Below are positions 1 through 13,300 of a stretch of DNA of 64,000 nt, piece by piece. Origin of the DNA: Novakomyces olei (Eukaryota). The notes below the pieces were generated by a model. It ran no database searches. It saw only the letters and a list, made by a program, of their open reading frames with translations, and was not told the DNA's origin. The stretch lies in the NCBI GenBank assembly GCA_016906335.1, contig JADEYG010000003.1, positions 558,001-622,000 on the forward strand, in the 5' to 3' direction. Position 1 is the first letter of the stretch, and each line of letters starts with the position of its first letter. The position numbers and the translations under genes are program-made.

Positions 1-2
1 CA

Positions 3-1502
3 GCGAACAGTGAGAGCAGCGACAGACGGCCGTACTTGCCCGGGAGTTTCCGAGTAGGAGGATCTAGCAATGGACTCGCCGCTGCGGGACTCGGGCGAGG
101 CCAGGGTGAGGGCGAAGCGCTGAACGCGTCAGCCTCCTTTTCCACGTACGATCTGACTTCGCCGACTACGGATTCCTCACATTTGGGTGGCGGAGGCGTG
201 GAGAGACCCTCCACGTCTACTGCCTCCCTTGTCCAGTACGGAGCCGGGCCCCGTGACGATAGTAGAGGCAGTATAGTGCTGCAGGATTTCGGGCAGGACG
301 GGTACGCTCTACCGCCTCCAGTGACCGATTCCTGGAGGCGCATTGACCGCTGGGCGGATACGTGCTACCACGAACTGTGGTGCCAGCTCTCCTACCCAGC
401 AACAGAGGCAGATGTCTCTAGCCTCGAGCAGGCGATCGGGTGCAATCTGCCACAGGATGTACGAGAGTCTTTCTTTGTACACGACGGACAGGACCGTGGA
501 GGGCTGCCGACGGGTATCTTTTGTGGCATCGCTCTGCTCGATATCGAGGAAGTTCAAGAGGAACATGATGTATGGAAAGTCGTTGCGCAAAGGTACAAGC
601 CTTTCCCGAGCCAGTCACGCACCGTCCTTGATTTGATTGCCCGGCAGGATTCAGTGCCGGAGGGAGCAGTGCAAAAGCTATACTCCCACCCTGGCTGGAT
701 CCCACTGGCCAAGGATTTTGTGGGCAACAATATCGGCGTAGATTTAGCCCCGGGACCCGTGGGCGTATGGGGCCAGGTCATCTTGTTTGGCAGGGATTTC
801 GATAAAAAGTACGTGGTGGCCAAGTCCTGGGGCGCGTTTTTAGCTACTTTTGCCGATGATTTGGAGGGAGGCAGCTGGGTCATCGACGAGGAGACTGGAG
901 AGTTGTACATGCACGAGGGCGATGCTTCTGCTGAGCGGCTCAGTTATATCGCTCTGCTTAAACGCCGGGCAGATCGGCGCATGAAGCTGCGAGAGTCTAA
1001 TGAGAAAGTATCGAGCTACATGACGGACAGCAAGGGGAAAAGCCCCGTTCTTTCCAGTGTAGTAACAAGCCGGCCATTGAGGACTACAGTACAGGAAACC
1101 AAGGAGGAAAAGGAAAAGGACGACGCTGCCCCGCTAATTGGCAGCGACGATGGCGATGTTTTGGGGGCAAAGAATAATATCGAGAATAAGAATGATGTTG
1201 GAAATGGTATTGAAAACAATATTACAAACAATATCGAAAACGATATTATTATCGATAAGAATGTGGAGAATAATGACTCTGAAAACACTGGCAGCGTTTC
1301 CCAGCTGGAGGCAGACACTTCTGGAGTTCAGCCTGCCTCCGCCGCTTCGGACGAGCCAGTGATTGTTGAACATGAAGCAAATAATGGACCGGCTGATGGA
1401 GCGCAAGGTCTTGAATCAGGCAGTCAAGCGAATAATGTATCATTGACAGAGAGTGATGATGGTAACGCGAATACCGGTTCAATACCCGACCAGCAGATTT
1501 AA
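3..1502 (+). CDS. SMI1: SMI1/KNR4 family cell-wall assembly regulator (5'-truncated by window edge)
   Basis: SWRRIDRW..LSYPAT..LP.DVRESFFVHDGQ..GG.PTGIF and HPGWIPLAKD..GNNIGVDLAPGP.G.WGQVILFGRDFD motifs. The frame is open from position 3, so the true start is upstream. Acidic/Asn-rich tail. Confidence 0.92.
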   Translation, partial: ANSESSDRRPYLPGSFRVGGSSNGLAAAGLGRGQGEGEALNASASFSTYDLTSPTTDSSHLGGGGVERPSTSTASLVQYGAGPRDDSRGSIVLQDFGQDGYALPPPVTDSWRRIDRWADTCYHELWCQLSYPATEADVSSLEQAIGCNLPQDVRESFFVHDGQDRGGLPTGIFCGIALLDIEEVQEEHDVWKVVAQRYKPFPSQSRTVLDLIARQDSVPEGAVQKLYSHPGWIPLAKDFVGNNIGVDLAPGPVGVWGQVILFGRDFDKKYVVAKSWGAFLATFADDLEGGSWVIDEETGELYMHEGDASAERLSYIALLKRRADRRMKLRESNEKVSSYMTDSKGKSPVLSSVVTSRPLRTTVQETKEEKEKDDAAPLIGSDDGDVLGAKNNIENKNDVGNGIENNITNNIENDIIIDKNVENNDSENTGSVSQLEADTSGVQPASAASDEPVIVEHEANNGPADGAQGLESGSQANNVSLTESDDGNANTGSIPDQQI

Positions 1503-2594
1503 CTGCGTTGATCTATAGGCTACCATTCTTCTTTTAAAATCAGCATTTTGTCGGGTGTTTATGGAACGTTTATCGAATTGCATTTCTATGTTTAATTTAT
1601 TTACTTTTGCTTTATTCTGAATCTATTTATATATTCATTTGTTTATTCATTTATACTTTTATTTTGTTCAGATTAAATTATCCCGTTATTCCAATTTGAT
1701 TGTTCGCCGTACTGTTTAGCTTTTCCCTCTTGCCAATTTTGGATTCAGTTCTACATCATGTCTTTATTACAATATGCCCCTCTTTTCCGAATGCCAAGCA
1801 ATTATACGAGAAACAAGTTTGACGGCTTCTTCTTAGATCACAACATACCTGTCTGCGTCAAGAGCTCTCCTTTTTTTTTTTTTTTTGTATCGTTAGTTTA
1901 GAATACACATATTCTAATGGTTCATCTCTTTGTCATTTGCTCTATTCTATTATTATGGTCTTTGTCCATACTTGGAGTCCTGTTGTGTGAACTTTGACAG
2001 CCTTGTTGAATATCCGAAGTAAAGGCTTTTGGTCACTCCAAACTTGAACTGTAATAGCATTGTTCTGTCCTGGATGAATACCTCACAGTGTAGCCTTAAA
2101 TTATCGGTGAAAAGTAGAATGGATATAGGAGACAAGAAAAGACCAACTTTGCCTTCTTGCATCAGCAATATTATACGAACTTAGCTGACATTACAGTAGA
2201 CTCATTCTAATACCATCACCTACTGTTGAACTTCATGCGGTTTGCCTTGATAAATGCTACAAAAGAGCCTTAAAAGTTTAATTATAAGAAAAGTATAAAG
2301 CAGAATGAGGTCGCAAAATGAACGCCAACACCCAGCAAGCATATATTGAGACACGATTCATATGCAAAAATAAAACGTAAATGGACATGAAACCAAAGCT
2401 GCAGTGAGAGCATCCAATATTGCTTCAACGCCCATACTGATATGAACACTAAATAAAATCAATAAAAAATTGGAAAAACAGCACAAGAATAACGAAAGCC
2501 TGACAAAGAAACAGACACGATATTAAGCAGATGTAAATGCGTATTGCTAAAGCCGATAAAAAAGATGCTAAACCAAGTGGCACCGAGTAAAGTC

Positions 2595-3092
2595 TCAGTC
2601 AAAAGCGCTTGTGCCTGCCTTTTCACCCAGTCCAAGCACACGTCGCAAATCTTGCTCTATTCCAAAAGGCGGCCTTGAAGGCCGCGGCAGACTGGTCGCA
2701 GCAGTGGGCGCAGCACTGCCAGCAGAATCGGGCGCCGCATTTCTTTGTGGAGAAAGCATACTAAGCAACTGCGCTGACTTGTGCCTCAGTTCAGCTTCCT
2801 TAACGCCGACCTGCTTATCGCCGCTCTTCGCTTTAACTCCGGATACTGGAGTCCTCGGACTTTGCGGCGATTGCTGCACGTGACCAGTCGCACCGTTGAC
2901 GGAGGTCTGTGATGGTAAAGCTGCCTTGTTCAAAAACGCGGGAATAGGAAGCGCCGACGGAGCAGGCGAATTATGAAAATCCGGACCCGCATAGTGTTGG
3001 GCCTTCCCACTGCTGCTGCTGCTGCTACTTTGAGCAGAACGATTTGCTGCCGCCCGAGTCGGCGTTCGCGGATCGTCTTTGACTTTCTTCAT
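2595..3092 (-). CDS. PNRC-motif protein, Edc1/Edc2-like decapping enhancer
   Basis: HYAGPDFHNSPAPSALPIPAF is the PNRC/Edc1 YAGxxF...SP.PS.LP.P motif. C-terminal helical LxxLL-like motifs (LLSML, LRRVLGL). Start uncertain. Confidence 0.75.
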   Translation of the reverse strand: MKKVKDDPRTPTRAAANRSAQSSSSSSSGKAQHYAGPDFHNSPAPSALPIPAFLNKAALPSQTSVNGATGHVQQSPQSPRTPVSGVKAKSGDKQVGVKEAELRHKSAQLLSMLSPQRNAAPDSAGSAAPTAATSLPRPSRPPFGIEQDLRRVLGLGEKAGTSAFD

Positions 3093-3653
3093 ACCGGATC
3101 ATTTGTTGTCATCGACAGCGATCGCTCTTGCGTATCAGTTTTGTATGGAGCGTTTGCTTACATTATTCTATTGTTTTATTATGTAGAGTTTGGGTTATAT
3201 AGTGGTCTAATGATTACTTGTGCTTGGGAACAAGCAGTACTTGAGTGGTACTATTAGACCTGTTCTGTGCTTATTCTGTGTTTATCCTCTGTAACTAACG
3301 ATTCTTTCTTTTGCAATTCTATCGAGTTGCCTTTATCTGTCTCGTATTTAGAGGATGGATTGGATTGGTTTTGCCTGCAATACACTTTTTGTGACATGTG
3401 GGTTTATTTTCAATATTTATCGAGCTGACAATCACCTTTAATACACCAAAATAAACATATAATTAATCGATAATTATTAATAATTAATAATTAATGATTA
3501 ATACTTGATAATTAATAATTAATACTTGATACTAATATTAATAGATATTTCTGAAACAAAGATGTTGAAACAAAAGCTCATTTACTAACACAACACTGAT
3601 GCTTTTCAGAACGCGACTACGCGCGATTTTACGCAAGGTATTTTCTTGCAGAA

Positions 3654-5420
3654 TTATGCTGCATTTTGCGGCTTTGTGCCGCTTTTATGGTATCGCCGTG
3701 GCGCTTCGCCATTCGGTTTCAGACGACGTCGCTCGTGTATAGTGACCGTATTGCCCTTAAATTCGAGTGTATTGCTTGGCAGTGAAAGTGCAAGTTTAAC
3801 GGACCTTGGGTCCTGGAATCCAACATATGCAGTTCCCTAATCATAAGCAAAAGGTACATAATAAATAAATAATGTTTTAAATAAATAATATTTTAATTAA
3901 TCGAAAAATAAAAATTACCTTGTTGCGGTCCATTCGCAAATAAGAAATATGGCCGAAACGTGCTAAAGCTTCCCTCAGCGCTTTCTCAGGCACGTTTGTA
4001 TGAATGTTTCGCACAAACACGCTATCTTCCTGCTGAGCTCCTGTCTCCTTTGAAGATGAAGTGGAAGAGGCGGTGCGTGCTTGTTCGTGCCTGACTTCTG
4101 AAGGCGCCGAAACCGATGCGTTGGGCTGGGGCTGGGGTTGGGGTTGGGGTTGGGGTTGAGGCTGCCTTTTAATTTGTCTGGTATTTTCGTCAGCCTCAGG
4201 CTTGACTGCCACCAAAGACGCCCATGATCCCGGTTTCGGAACAGCAGACTGCACCGGTTCTGGCTGGTACGGAGCGGAGACAGGGTTAGCAATCTCTGAG
4301 TCAGTTGGCTCCCGATGTTTGGGCTCATCTGGTTCTTGTTGCTGGACAACTTGTGGCTCAGGTCCATTGCCGAATCCATTGTCTACAGCGCCGTTGACAG
4401 TGCTGTGCTCATAACTGGAACCAGCGTAACCATTTCCATAAGCTGTGGAAGTGGGGGCCAGAGTGGGGACAGAGTTAAGGCCATTGCTGCTGGTGGGGGC
4501 CACAGTGTTTGTGGGGGGAAACGGCTCTGGAGATTTGGCAGAGCTTTCCTCGGAAGCAGCTTCATCAAAATCCTCTTTGATATAGCGGAAGATATCATTG
4601 AGAACAAAATACTCCCCTTTGTCCTGCTCAGCCAGGAAAAACGTCTGTACAAACTTCCGTGCCGGTTGGTCCCTATTCGAGATCTCTCCGAGAGATTGAA
4701 TGAGAATTCCACCATCCAAGGACTCTTGAACGTCTACATTCGATACGAATACCTTACAGCGCTCAAGTCCGAGCGATTTGAATTTGTCATGAATCATCTT
4801 TAAAGGGTCAGAATAGGAATTTAAAACATTTTCAGGCTAATTGTAGAAAGGCAAATATTGGAGCATACGGAAAGCAAGAAAAGATTTGCAAAAGGTAAAA
4901 TAAATGAAATAAATTATTTAGAAACCCATTAAAAAAAAATAAGACGATAGAGCCGAGCACAACAATAAAACGATATCAAGTGCGGAAAGACATTTACTGC
5001 GAAAAGTCCATAAATATACTTAATGAAGGTGAAGGACAAAAAGCAAAATCGAGATCAAGGCCAAAATAAAAAATTAAAAAAGCAAAACAAAAGAATGAAA
5101 TTAGAGCGTACCCTTTGTTCACGGTACACCTGGACCGGCTCCGTTTCGTGACCATGAATAAGCTGCGACCGTTTCGTGTAGAATCGCTGGGAATCAGTAT
5201 AAAAGATCTAGTAAGAACTATAGAGAAGAACAAAGTAACTCCAAAAAAAAGTTGCTCTGCCGTTACGTACGTGCATCTTTGAAGGGTCCTCATAAAGCAA
5301 AGTGTAATACTGTTGCACAAACATCCATCCAATTTCGCCCTTGGAGGGCAAATGCGGTGTCGGCTGTGCCGCCGCGGTATTCGCAGCCCCAACTTGACCC
5401 GAAGATGTTTGTTGGAACAT
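3654..5420 (-). CDS. nxt3: NTF2-like + RRM protein, G3BP/Nxt3/Bre5 (Ubp3 cofactor), spliced
   Basis: IGWMFVQQYYT, RKFVQTFFLAEQ..YFVLNDIFRY (NTF2 domain). SWASL motif. RRM SVFVRNI..ALARFG. Last exon 3654-~3837 ends ..KPQNAA*. An extra 5' exon is possible (CTAACAG acceptor near 5436). Confidence 0.88.
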
Positions 5421-5799
5421 TGGAGCGGCAAAAGCCTGTTAGGCGGCCAAGTCGCTATTATTAAAGGCCTTTTGAGAATTTTTTAGTATATAATAAGCTC
5501 AATTTAATTATTGGCCTGTACTTTACAGTGAATTAATTAGTTTAATTTTTAATTTTTAATTTTAATTTTAAATTTAAATTTAAATTTATTTTAGTATCCA
5601 TAACCTCCACTGCATACTAAAATAATAAGGCATATTGTACTCTATAAAAATCTATTAATACTGTGGACAACAGTGTAGAATTTACATTATTATGGCAGTC
5701 AGATAGATTTAATCATCGATTGAATCATTATATTATAATTTAAAAAAAGAAAAGAGAGGCAGTTAGAAGTCGTGTCACACTACACTCGAGCAAATACAC

Positions 5800-8700
5800 A
5801 TGGATGAGGTCGAACGGGCGGTTGAAGTAGCACTCAATCCCAACGAGGACGAATCACTTCGTCGGCAGGTATGATAGATCTTTTGTATTTGATTTACTTT
5901 TTATTCGGCAGTCTACTTGAGTGTCATCGTCATCAGTGTACTAAACTTACAGGCGACTGAATTTTGTGAGACTGCTAAACGGACTCTGGAAGGCTGGCAT
6001 GCATGCCTTGACCTTTTTCTAGCCTTGCCGCCAAGGTATAATATTGCAGTCATCAAATTGCTTACACTTCAGGTCACAGAGTGCAAGGTTCTTTGCCCTA
6101 CAAACACTAGAGCAAGCAATCCGGCAAAGGTAGGTGTTTACTGGCCTAGGGATTACTGACACGTACAGGTTTTTCCCCATTGACCAAGCTCTGCTTATTC
6201 AAGCAAAGAATCGGTTGCTTGCATTTCTTGCTGACTTTGATTACCAAAGTACACAAGCGAGCGGAGAGCCATCATGTAATTTCATTCACGTGCTTTTCTA
6301 TTTAGATCTTTTAGATGCTTTTCTCTTTCCACGCTCAAATTTTGTGCTTGCGATTGCTTTCACCTTCCTTTCATCCTTTGACTTTTCTCTTAGTCTTTTT
6401 TTAATAAACTTTTCTACAATAACAAGACTAACGTTAAAGATATCCGCAACAAACTTGCGCAGGTCATCTATCTCGCGTTTGAAGGTCTTTACGCCAATGC
6501 CTGGCAAGGATTTTTCGATGATTTCTTTTTGCTGGCAAAAACAAATCATGCGTCTGATTGCGAGTTCAACGTCTTTATAGTTGACATTTTCCTTCGAATC
6601 TTAATGACTATAGACTCGGAAATAGGAGACGTGATCTTTGTTCGTAATTCCGATCAGCAAGGACGCAGTGCCGGCCTCAAAGATTTAATCAGAGAACGAG
6701 AATCAGATAAGCTAGCAAAGTTTTGGTACGAAGCAGCCGTCAGTCTCGATCAAAATTACCCCGAGACAGTTAAACTGCTTTTGGAAGTAGTATCAAAATG
6801 GGTCTCTTGGTTCAATATTGGAACTGTTGCGAATGACCAATTTATGTTGTATGTTTTCTCCAAATTACAGCAAGATTCCCGGCTGCGTATTACTGCCTGC
6901 TCAATGCTGGAGAGTGTTATTTCCAAGAAAATGCCCCCACTAGTGAAACTGCAGATCATTGATTCCATGAAGTTGGATTACGTCGTCGGCCAGCCTGTAG
7001 CTGATGACGATGATTTTGTGGAGGAACTGGCTCGTCTTGCCAATGCTCAGGGAGTCGAACTTGTACGCGTGCTAGAGGATGCATCTCTACCTATAGAAGC
7101 CGGTCAGAGCTGCGAAATTGCTTTGCAACGTGTCATACCTCAGTGTATGCAATTTTTACGGAATCCTTTTGACGAAGTGTCAGCGTGTGTGCTACCTTTT
7201 ATTGCTAATTATTTGCATTATTTTAAAAGGCGCCAGGGCGGTCGTACAGGCACAGGAGCGATTACAGGAAACGGAGGCGCAACTGGTGAAAATGGAAGTT
7301 TGTCCACAAATGACCAGGGTCTTCTTAAATTTATACTCGCAGAAGTTGTGGGCAAAATGAAGTACGACCCCGATAATAGCTATGATGCCGTTGAGGACGA
7401 GGAATCTGAATTTCAAGAATTTCGTCGCAATTTAAAGACACTAGAGGATACAATTGCGGCTATCTCGCCGGGATTAGTAGCTTCATATATTAACAGTAGA
7501 GCAGCTGATCTGCAGCAGACACCGTCGGACGCTGGCTGGCCAGAGTACGAGCTCTTATTCTACCAAGTGCTGAATTATGCCGACAAGCTGGGTATGATAT
7601 ATGTTTTTGTTTCTTTATATGTAAATTAATTTCAACATCTATGTATATATAAACATATATTTATAGACGTTCTTTATTTCTGATTTTTGTTCTCTTAATC
7701 TAGTTTGAGATTTGATTCTAGACATTTTTCTTTCCTTGCCATTATATCATTCTTCATAAACTAATTTCAAGGTCTTGGCAGTAATCGAGCACGGCAGCAA
7801 TTAACGGAAGAAGCAGCTGATCTAATGAACCGAATATTGAGCTTGGGTATTTACAAATTCTTATCATTATCATAATTATCTTTATTTTAATAAATGAATA
7901 ATTGCTAATTATCAAGATAAATCAAAGTTTGAAGTCTTACCTGTGAGACTGCAGCTGATGGAGATTTGTTTGAAATTCTCCATATTCTTTAGAGCTCGAC
8001 AAGACATGATACCCATTGCATTAATTGTTTTTCTGGATCAGTCCGCGGCACATTCAAATGTTCCCCGCATTAAAGCCAGAGCGTGGTACTTGCTCTGCCG
8101 TTTTGTACGACAGCTCAGCGATCTTATGCGGCCGTTTATGGAGGGGATACTTAACAGTCTGGCCGATCTTCTTACCCTTGACGATAATATTATGATCCCA
8201 GACAAGGAGGAAGATGTGAATGTGGAGGTATTGGAGGCCGATCTTCTCTCTAGCCGACTTTACCTCTACGAAACCTGCGGCATTTTGGCATCGAATTCTG
8301 AGCTGTCACAGTTTGAGCAGGCTCAATTTTCAAAGGTAATCTGGATTTTAAACCGATTTATATGTGCCAAGTATATACTTTACTTTCTGTTCTATATTTT
8401 CTCGCAAGCACTTTCTATTTCTTTTCATTTTCTTCTCATATTGAGCATTCCGCTTTTGATTGGAAATAAATCGGAAATTATTCATTTCAGTCAACTTTGA
8501 TACTGATTAAAAAGGACGTGATTGAAGTTTTGCTGGCAAGTATTGCGAACAAATCCAACGAAAGCCAACTCGGTCTACGCTCATTTATATTAATATATCG
8601 CGATATTTCTGCCTTGGCTGGCTTTGCTAAAGGATATCCTGAGTCTGTGAAGTCTAATACAGAGCTTCCTTGGTCTGAAGAGTTTGCACGCTCGGCAAAT

Positions 8701-9947
8701 CTTGCCGTCTCAGTACTTCGTGCGGGAAATCGATACGAATTTATACGGACAATTGTAGGGAAAAAAGAACCAAAAAATTTATAACATATAAGAAAGAAAT
8801 ACGAATCTTTCAAATTCAATCGGCTAATTCTCCAGGTTCGACAGTATCTTTCCCGTGTAATCAATCTCGCTTCTGAAGCTTGTCTTGGCATATTTTCAGA
8901 AGTTATTGACCTGCTCGTTTCCAGCTCTTCCAGCGCGGAAATTGTAGAGATTATCTCCTTTTTCCAACTGGGAATGCATAAATATGGTGTATGTTTCTTA
9001 TCCTTTCCTATTTTATCGCGTTTTATTTTAATAATATTGGATTAGATTGTATACTAAAGACGTTCTAGCCTGCGTTTTTGCCTGTCTTGGACACGAGACT
9101 ACAGCCACTGCTTCAATCAATATTTTCTGTTATTGGAACAGCGCCGACGGATGACGAAGGCAGCCGTGTCAAAGTTAATGTTTGCAAAGCATATTTCAAT
9201 CTTATATCCGTCATTTTCACTCAAGATTTATCCTCAATACTGTTAAGAGAACGTAAGGCGGGATTTACTTAACCCTTTTGAGTTTTCTGTTATTCTATTT
9301 TGCTTTCATTTTAACATGGCACAGATTTCTCCGCGTGTTCTCAGTCAGTTATACAATCAATTACACATTTCATGCGCGATGACTCTGAGCCTACATTACA
9401 AAGGGCAGCAATTCAGACTTTCAGCAAAATTATAGCAGTATGGCTTGCGCCAGGGAAAGAGTCTCCGAGTGAGTTTGGCACTCTGTCCTTTAACATTGTT
9501 GCCAATGCGGCACTGGACATTCCTTCTCGACCAACGTTCAAAACAGATGACGCCCAAAGCCATCTTGTAAGTTAATTTGCGAGAGACTTTTACTCATTTT
9601 GATTCTTATCGTTTTAATTGATTTCATAATTCTACAAATTATTTTTGAAAGGCTATCCTTTTATCCTTTATGTTTATCAATATCTTACATCAAGGTTTTG
9701 AATGACCTGGCTGGGTTACAAAAGCAAATGGTACTTTTGCAGGAGGCGGAGTTTAGTCTTTATTTGCGAGACATCTTTTTCCCCAGTCTACAGGTCCCAT
9801 TAGACACAATGGAAGAGTATATTCGTGCCCTCATCACCGCGGACGCAAAAGCGTTTCGGCATTATTATACGGTAGGTGTACGGGTACAAATATATTTGCT
9901 AACAACGGCAGCAATTTATCACAAAAATCAATTCGACCCAGTCATGA
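5800..9947 (+). CDS. los1: Exportin-T (tRNA export receptor), many introns
   Basis: Start MDEVERAVEVALNP..RRQ. Contains FLRILMTIDSEIGD..LKDLIRER, W.SW..I..VAN, EFQEFRRNLK, RAWYLLCRFV, LYLYETCG. Canonical GT/CTAAY/AG introns. Ends QFITKINSTQS*. Confidence 0.88.
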
Positions 9948-10396
9948 GCATGGATCATTATACGATTTAAACCCCAGACGCGGGGTTTGTACTGTGCAAG
10001 AAGCACAAAAGATAGCAAGCTAAACAATATTCTATTGAATAAATCTATAATTACATGAAGAAACAAATAGTACAGTAATGTAAATAGCCGTGATACTTTT
10101 CAAATCAATGGATGCCGTTGTCCTGATGATGTCGAAGTCGCTCCGTATTGTTTTTCATTGGCCAAATTATTATTATTATTATCTTTTTTTCAGCAATAAT
10201 AATCTATTTATAAAAATTTTATATTAATTTATCATGTAATCAAAACTCCTATATTTGCGTATAGTAATCGCGACTCGAATTAAGATAATCCACACGCGTC
10301 TGCTCGCGCAGAACCATAAGCATTCATGAGTCCTTCAGACCGGTCGGCGCGGCTTTGAGGCAAAATGCAGATTTTTTTTGGATTTCTAATTGAATA

Positions 10397-13300
10397 ATGC
10401 CACGGCCTTTTCTCACTGGAAATGGGTCTGGTGCAGGAACGCGACATGGCCGCCAGCGCAGCTTTATGCTGCATTGGACGCGTTCAGCGAGTCCGGCTGG
10501 ATCTGCAGAAGCGGCAGACGCGCAAGAGTATTCTAAAGAAAGCCCAAGTCTGATTGTGCGTCTTAAACTGCCCTCAAAAGTGGTTGAGCGAAACAGTAAA
10601 GGCGGAGATGACGGCACGAGACAAAGGGCGCCTGTGCTGATAAATATAAATGACGACGAGGAGGGCACGAGTATTCCACCAGAATCATTGGCTGCTGCTT
10701 CTCGAGAAATTCATCCTTTTTTCAGTACGTTTTGGAAAAAGCAGGCTCGAAAATCTGTCAAAAACGGGGATAATATAAAGGAAAATGGGAACGATATAAA
10801 GGAAAACGGGAACGACATAAAGGAAAATGAGGACGATAAATTTGGAGACGCAACCAAACCAAATGGCAAAGATGACAACGGCAAATCTGTCGAGGATGAA
10901 AAACGGAAAAGTGCCAATAGTGAGAGCAAATCCAGTACGGGGCCCGTGCCTTTATTTACGACAGACCGTACACGACCCTCGTCAGCACTGTTTCCTCGTT
11001 TAAAAAGGCGAAAGAAGCAGACTTGCCCTTGGCCGACACGGGACCAGTTTCATGTTAAAAGCGAGACGTCTGCTCGCCACAGCGCTGGAAATGCGTCTTT
11101 TCCCTTTGAAAATGAGGACGTGGACGTGCACAAGCAAACGTTTCCGCAACGATTCGCCGCTCGAACAAAAGCAGCGCGCGGTAAGGTTAAAGCAGACGAC
11201 TATGAGCGGGAAACTCGAGCTCTTCTCGAAGCAGTTTTAGCAAAAGCAGCAGCAGCAAACTGTCACGGCGGACACGTTTGCCATCCACAGAAACGCATTG
11301 TCCCCAGCGACAAAGTCTGCAATCTGCTCTGTCGAGCAGAGAGTAAATTCGCCTTTAATTCTGCAGCGCAAAATCTTGTGCAAAAAGCCAAAGACTTGAA
11401 TGCGTTTGATCGTAACGAGTACAGTGACGAGCTGTGGACACACTTTTTCCGGCCACAGACGTGTGAGCAAATTCTTGATAACGAAAAGGCAAAATCAGTG
11501 TTTAAACAATGGTTGCACTTGTGTAAACTCGGGCAGATTCCGGCTTTCAGTGAAGGCAAACAGGGTGGTGCGATGAAGAGATCCGTTTCAGATTTGTATG
11601 CCTGTGCCTCCGACACAGAGTCTGATACGACTGTCGATAATGACTGCGAATGGGATTACAGTAAACGAGCGAAAAACGAGTGCTACAAGAGCTCGAGCTT
11701 TACGATAATCTGTGGAGCGACAGGCAGCGGCAAGTCGGCCATGGTCCACGCTGTAGCGCAAGAGTTGGGCTATGAAGTATTAGAGATCAATTCAAACTCA
11801 CGGAGGTCTTTTCGGGATATTGCAGAAACAGCGTTTGAAACGAGCCAGAGTCATACTGTGCACAGGGACAAGGGCGGTAAAAGAGCAGAGGGCAAAGGGC
11901 CAAGGGAGCAAAGCGGTGAAGGTGGTACACCGTCTGGACAAGGGAAAAGCTTGTCTGCTGAACTAATTGGTCCGGCAATCAAAGAGGCTGATGGGCCAGA
12001 GAGATGGGCAAAAGAAACAGCCAGCCAAGAGACTGTAAAGGGGGAAACTGATCGGGGCACAAGTACACTAGAACCAGATTGTGAGCAGATAGACCAAACC
12101 CAAACGTGCACTCTGAGCCGCTCGTCTCTGGAACCGAACCCGCGTCTAAAGCAATCGCCAGCGCAGGCGCTTATTCTGATCGAGGAGGCAGACGTTTTGT
12201 TTGAAGAAGACCGGGGATTCTGGCCCGGAGTCGAATCTCTAATTTCCACTACTAAACGGCCGATTGTCATTACGTGTACTGACCTTGATTTCGTGTATAC
12301 GCGGCTGATTGATGCAGGAAACACAATCTATATGCAAGCGGCCCCTCCTGCTTTAGCTGTGCCTTTTCTTCAGGCCCTGTGCCTCTGCCAGGGCCATGTC
12401 GTCAGTGAGCAAAGCATGGCAGAGCTGTTTAACCTGTGCAAAGCAGATCTGAGGAGCTGTATAAATAACCTGCAGTTCTGGTGTCAGATGGGTGTGGGAG
12501 ACGACAAGGGAGGACTCGGCTGGTTTCCTGACCATAAAACTGGCTCTGGCTGCAGGACTATATCCGTAGGCGCTTTCCGGCCTGGACTGTTCTGGAACAC
12601 AGAGTGCTTGGACGAGTGCGTAGAGTGGGTTGTTGATGAAATGCCTTTGCTACTGGATACTTGTTTTGCTCCTATCGTCAAAGAAACTGTGGATGACGGT
12701 CATCAGCAGGAAAATAAAGGCGACGAGGAGGGGTTTACAGAGAGAGGAGTAGAGACGTTTAAAGAAAAAGAGCTCAATGAGAAAGAGCTCAATGAAAAAG
12801 AGCTCAATGAAAAAGAGCTCAATGAAAAAGAGTCTAAAGAAAAAGAGTCTAAAGAAAAAGAGTATACAAAGCCAATAGACTCTGCAAAAGACAAGCGCAA
12901 ACCGTACCATCGGGAGCAGAACAATATTAGCGCTAAAGCTGGGGCCGATAGGGACCGTTTACACAGACTTGACCGCGTTTCCAGCTATATAGAAACCCTC
13001 AGTCAGGCAGATACGTTACAGTCAAGGAAATCATCGCTTTTCGAGCACGATTACAGTGTGAGTAAGGATGAGAGGGTCGGGTATACTACGGTCTGTGAGC
13101 TTTATGGAGGCAATAGAGCCGACAAAGAGCCGGGAGATCTCGGGACAGTCTCTGCGATATACAAGCAGGCGCTACTGTGCCTTTTCAATGAGAGCGGAGG
13201 AGAAACCGAGAATAAAGATCAATTTTCACAGACGATTAGGGCAAATATAACACAAAGGATACGCAATGCCAAGAGCAAAGACTCGAGTATTTCTCAGCCT

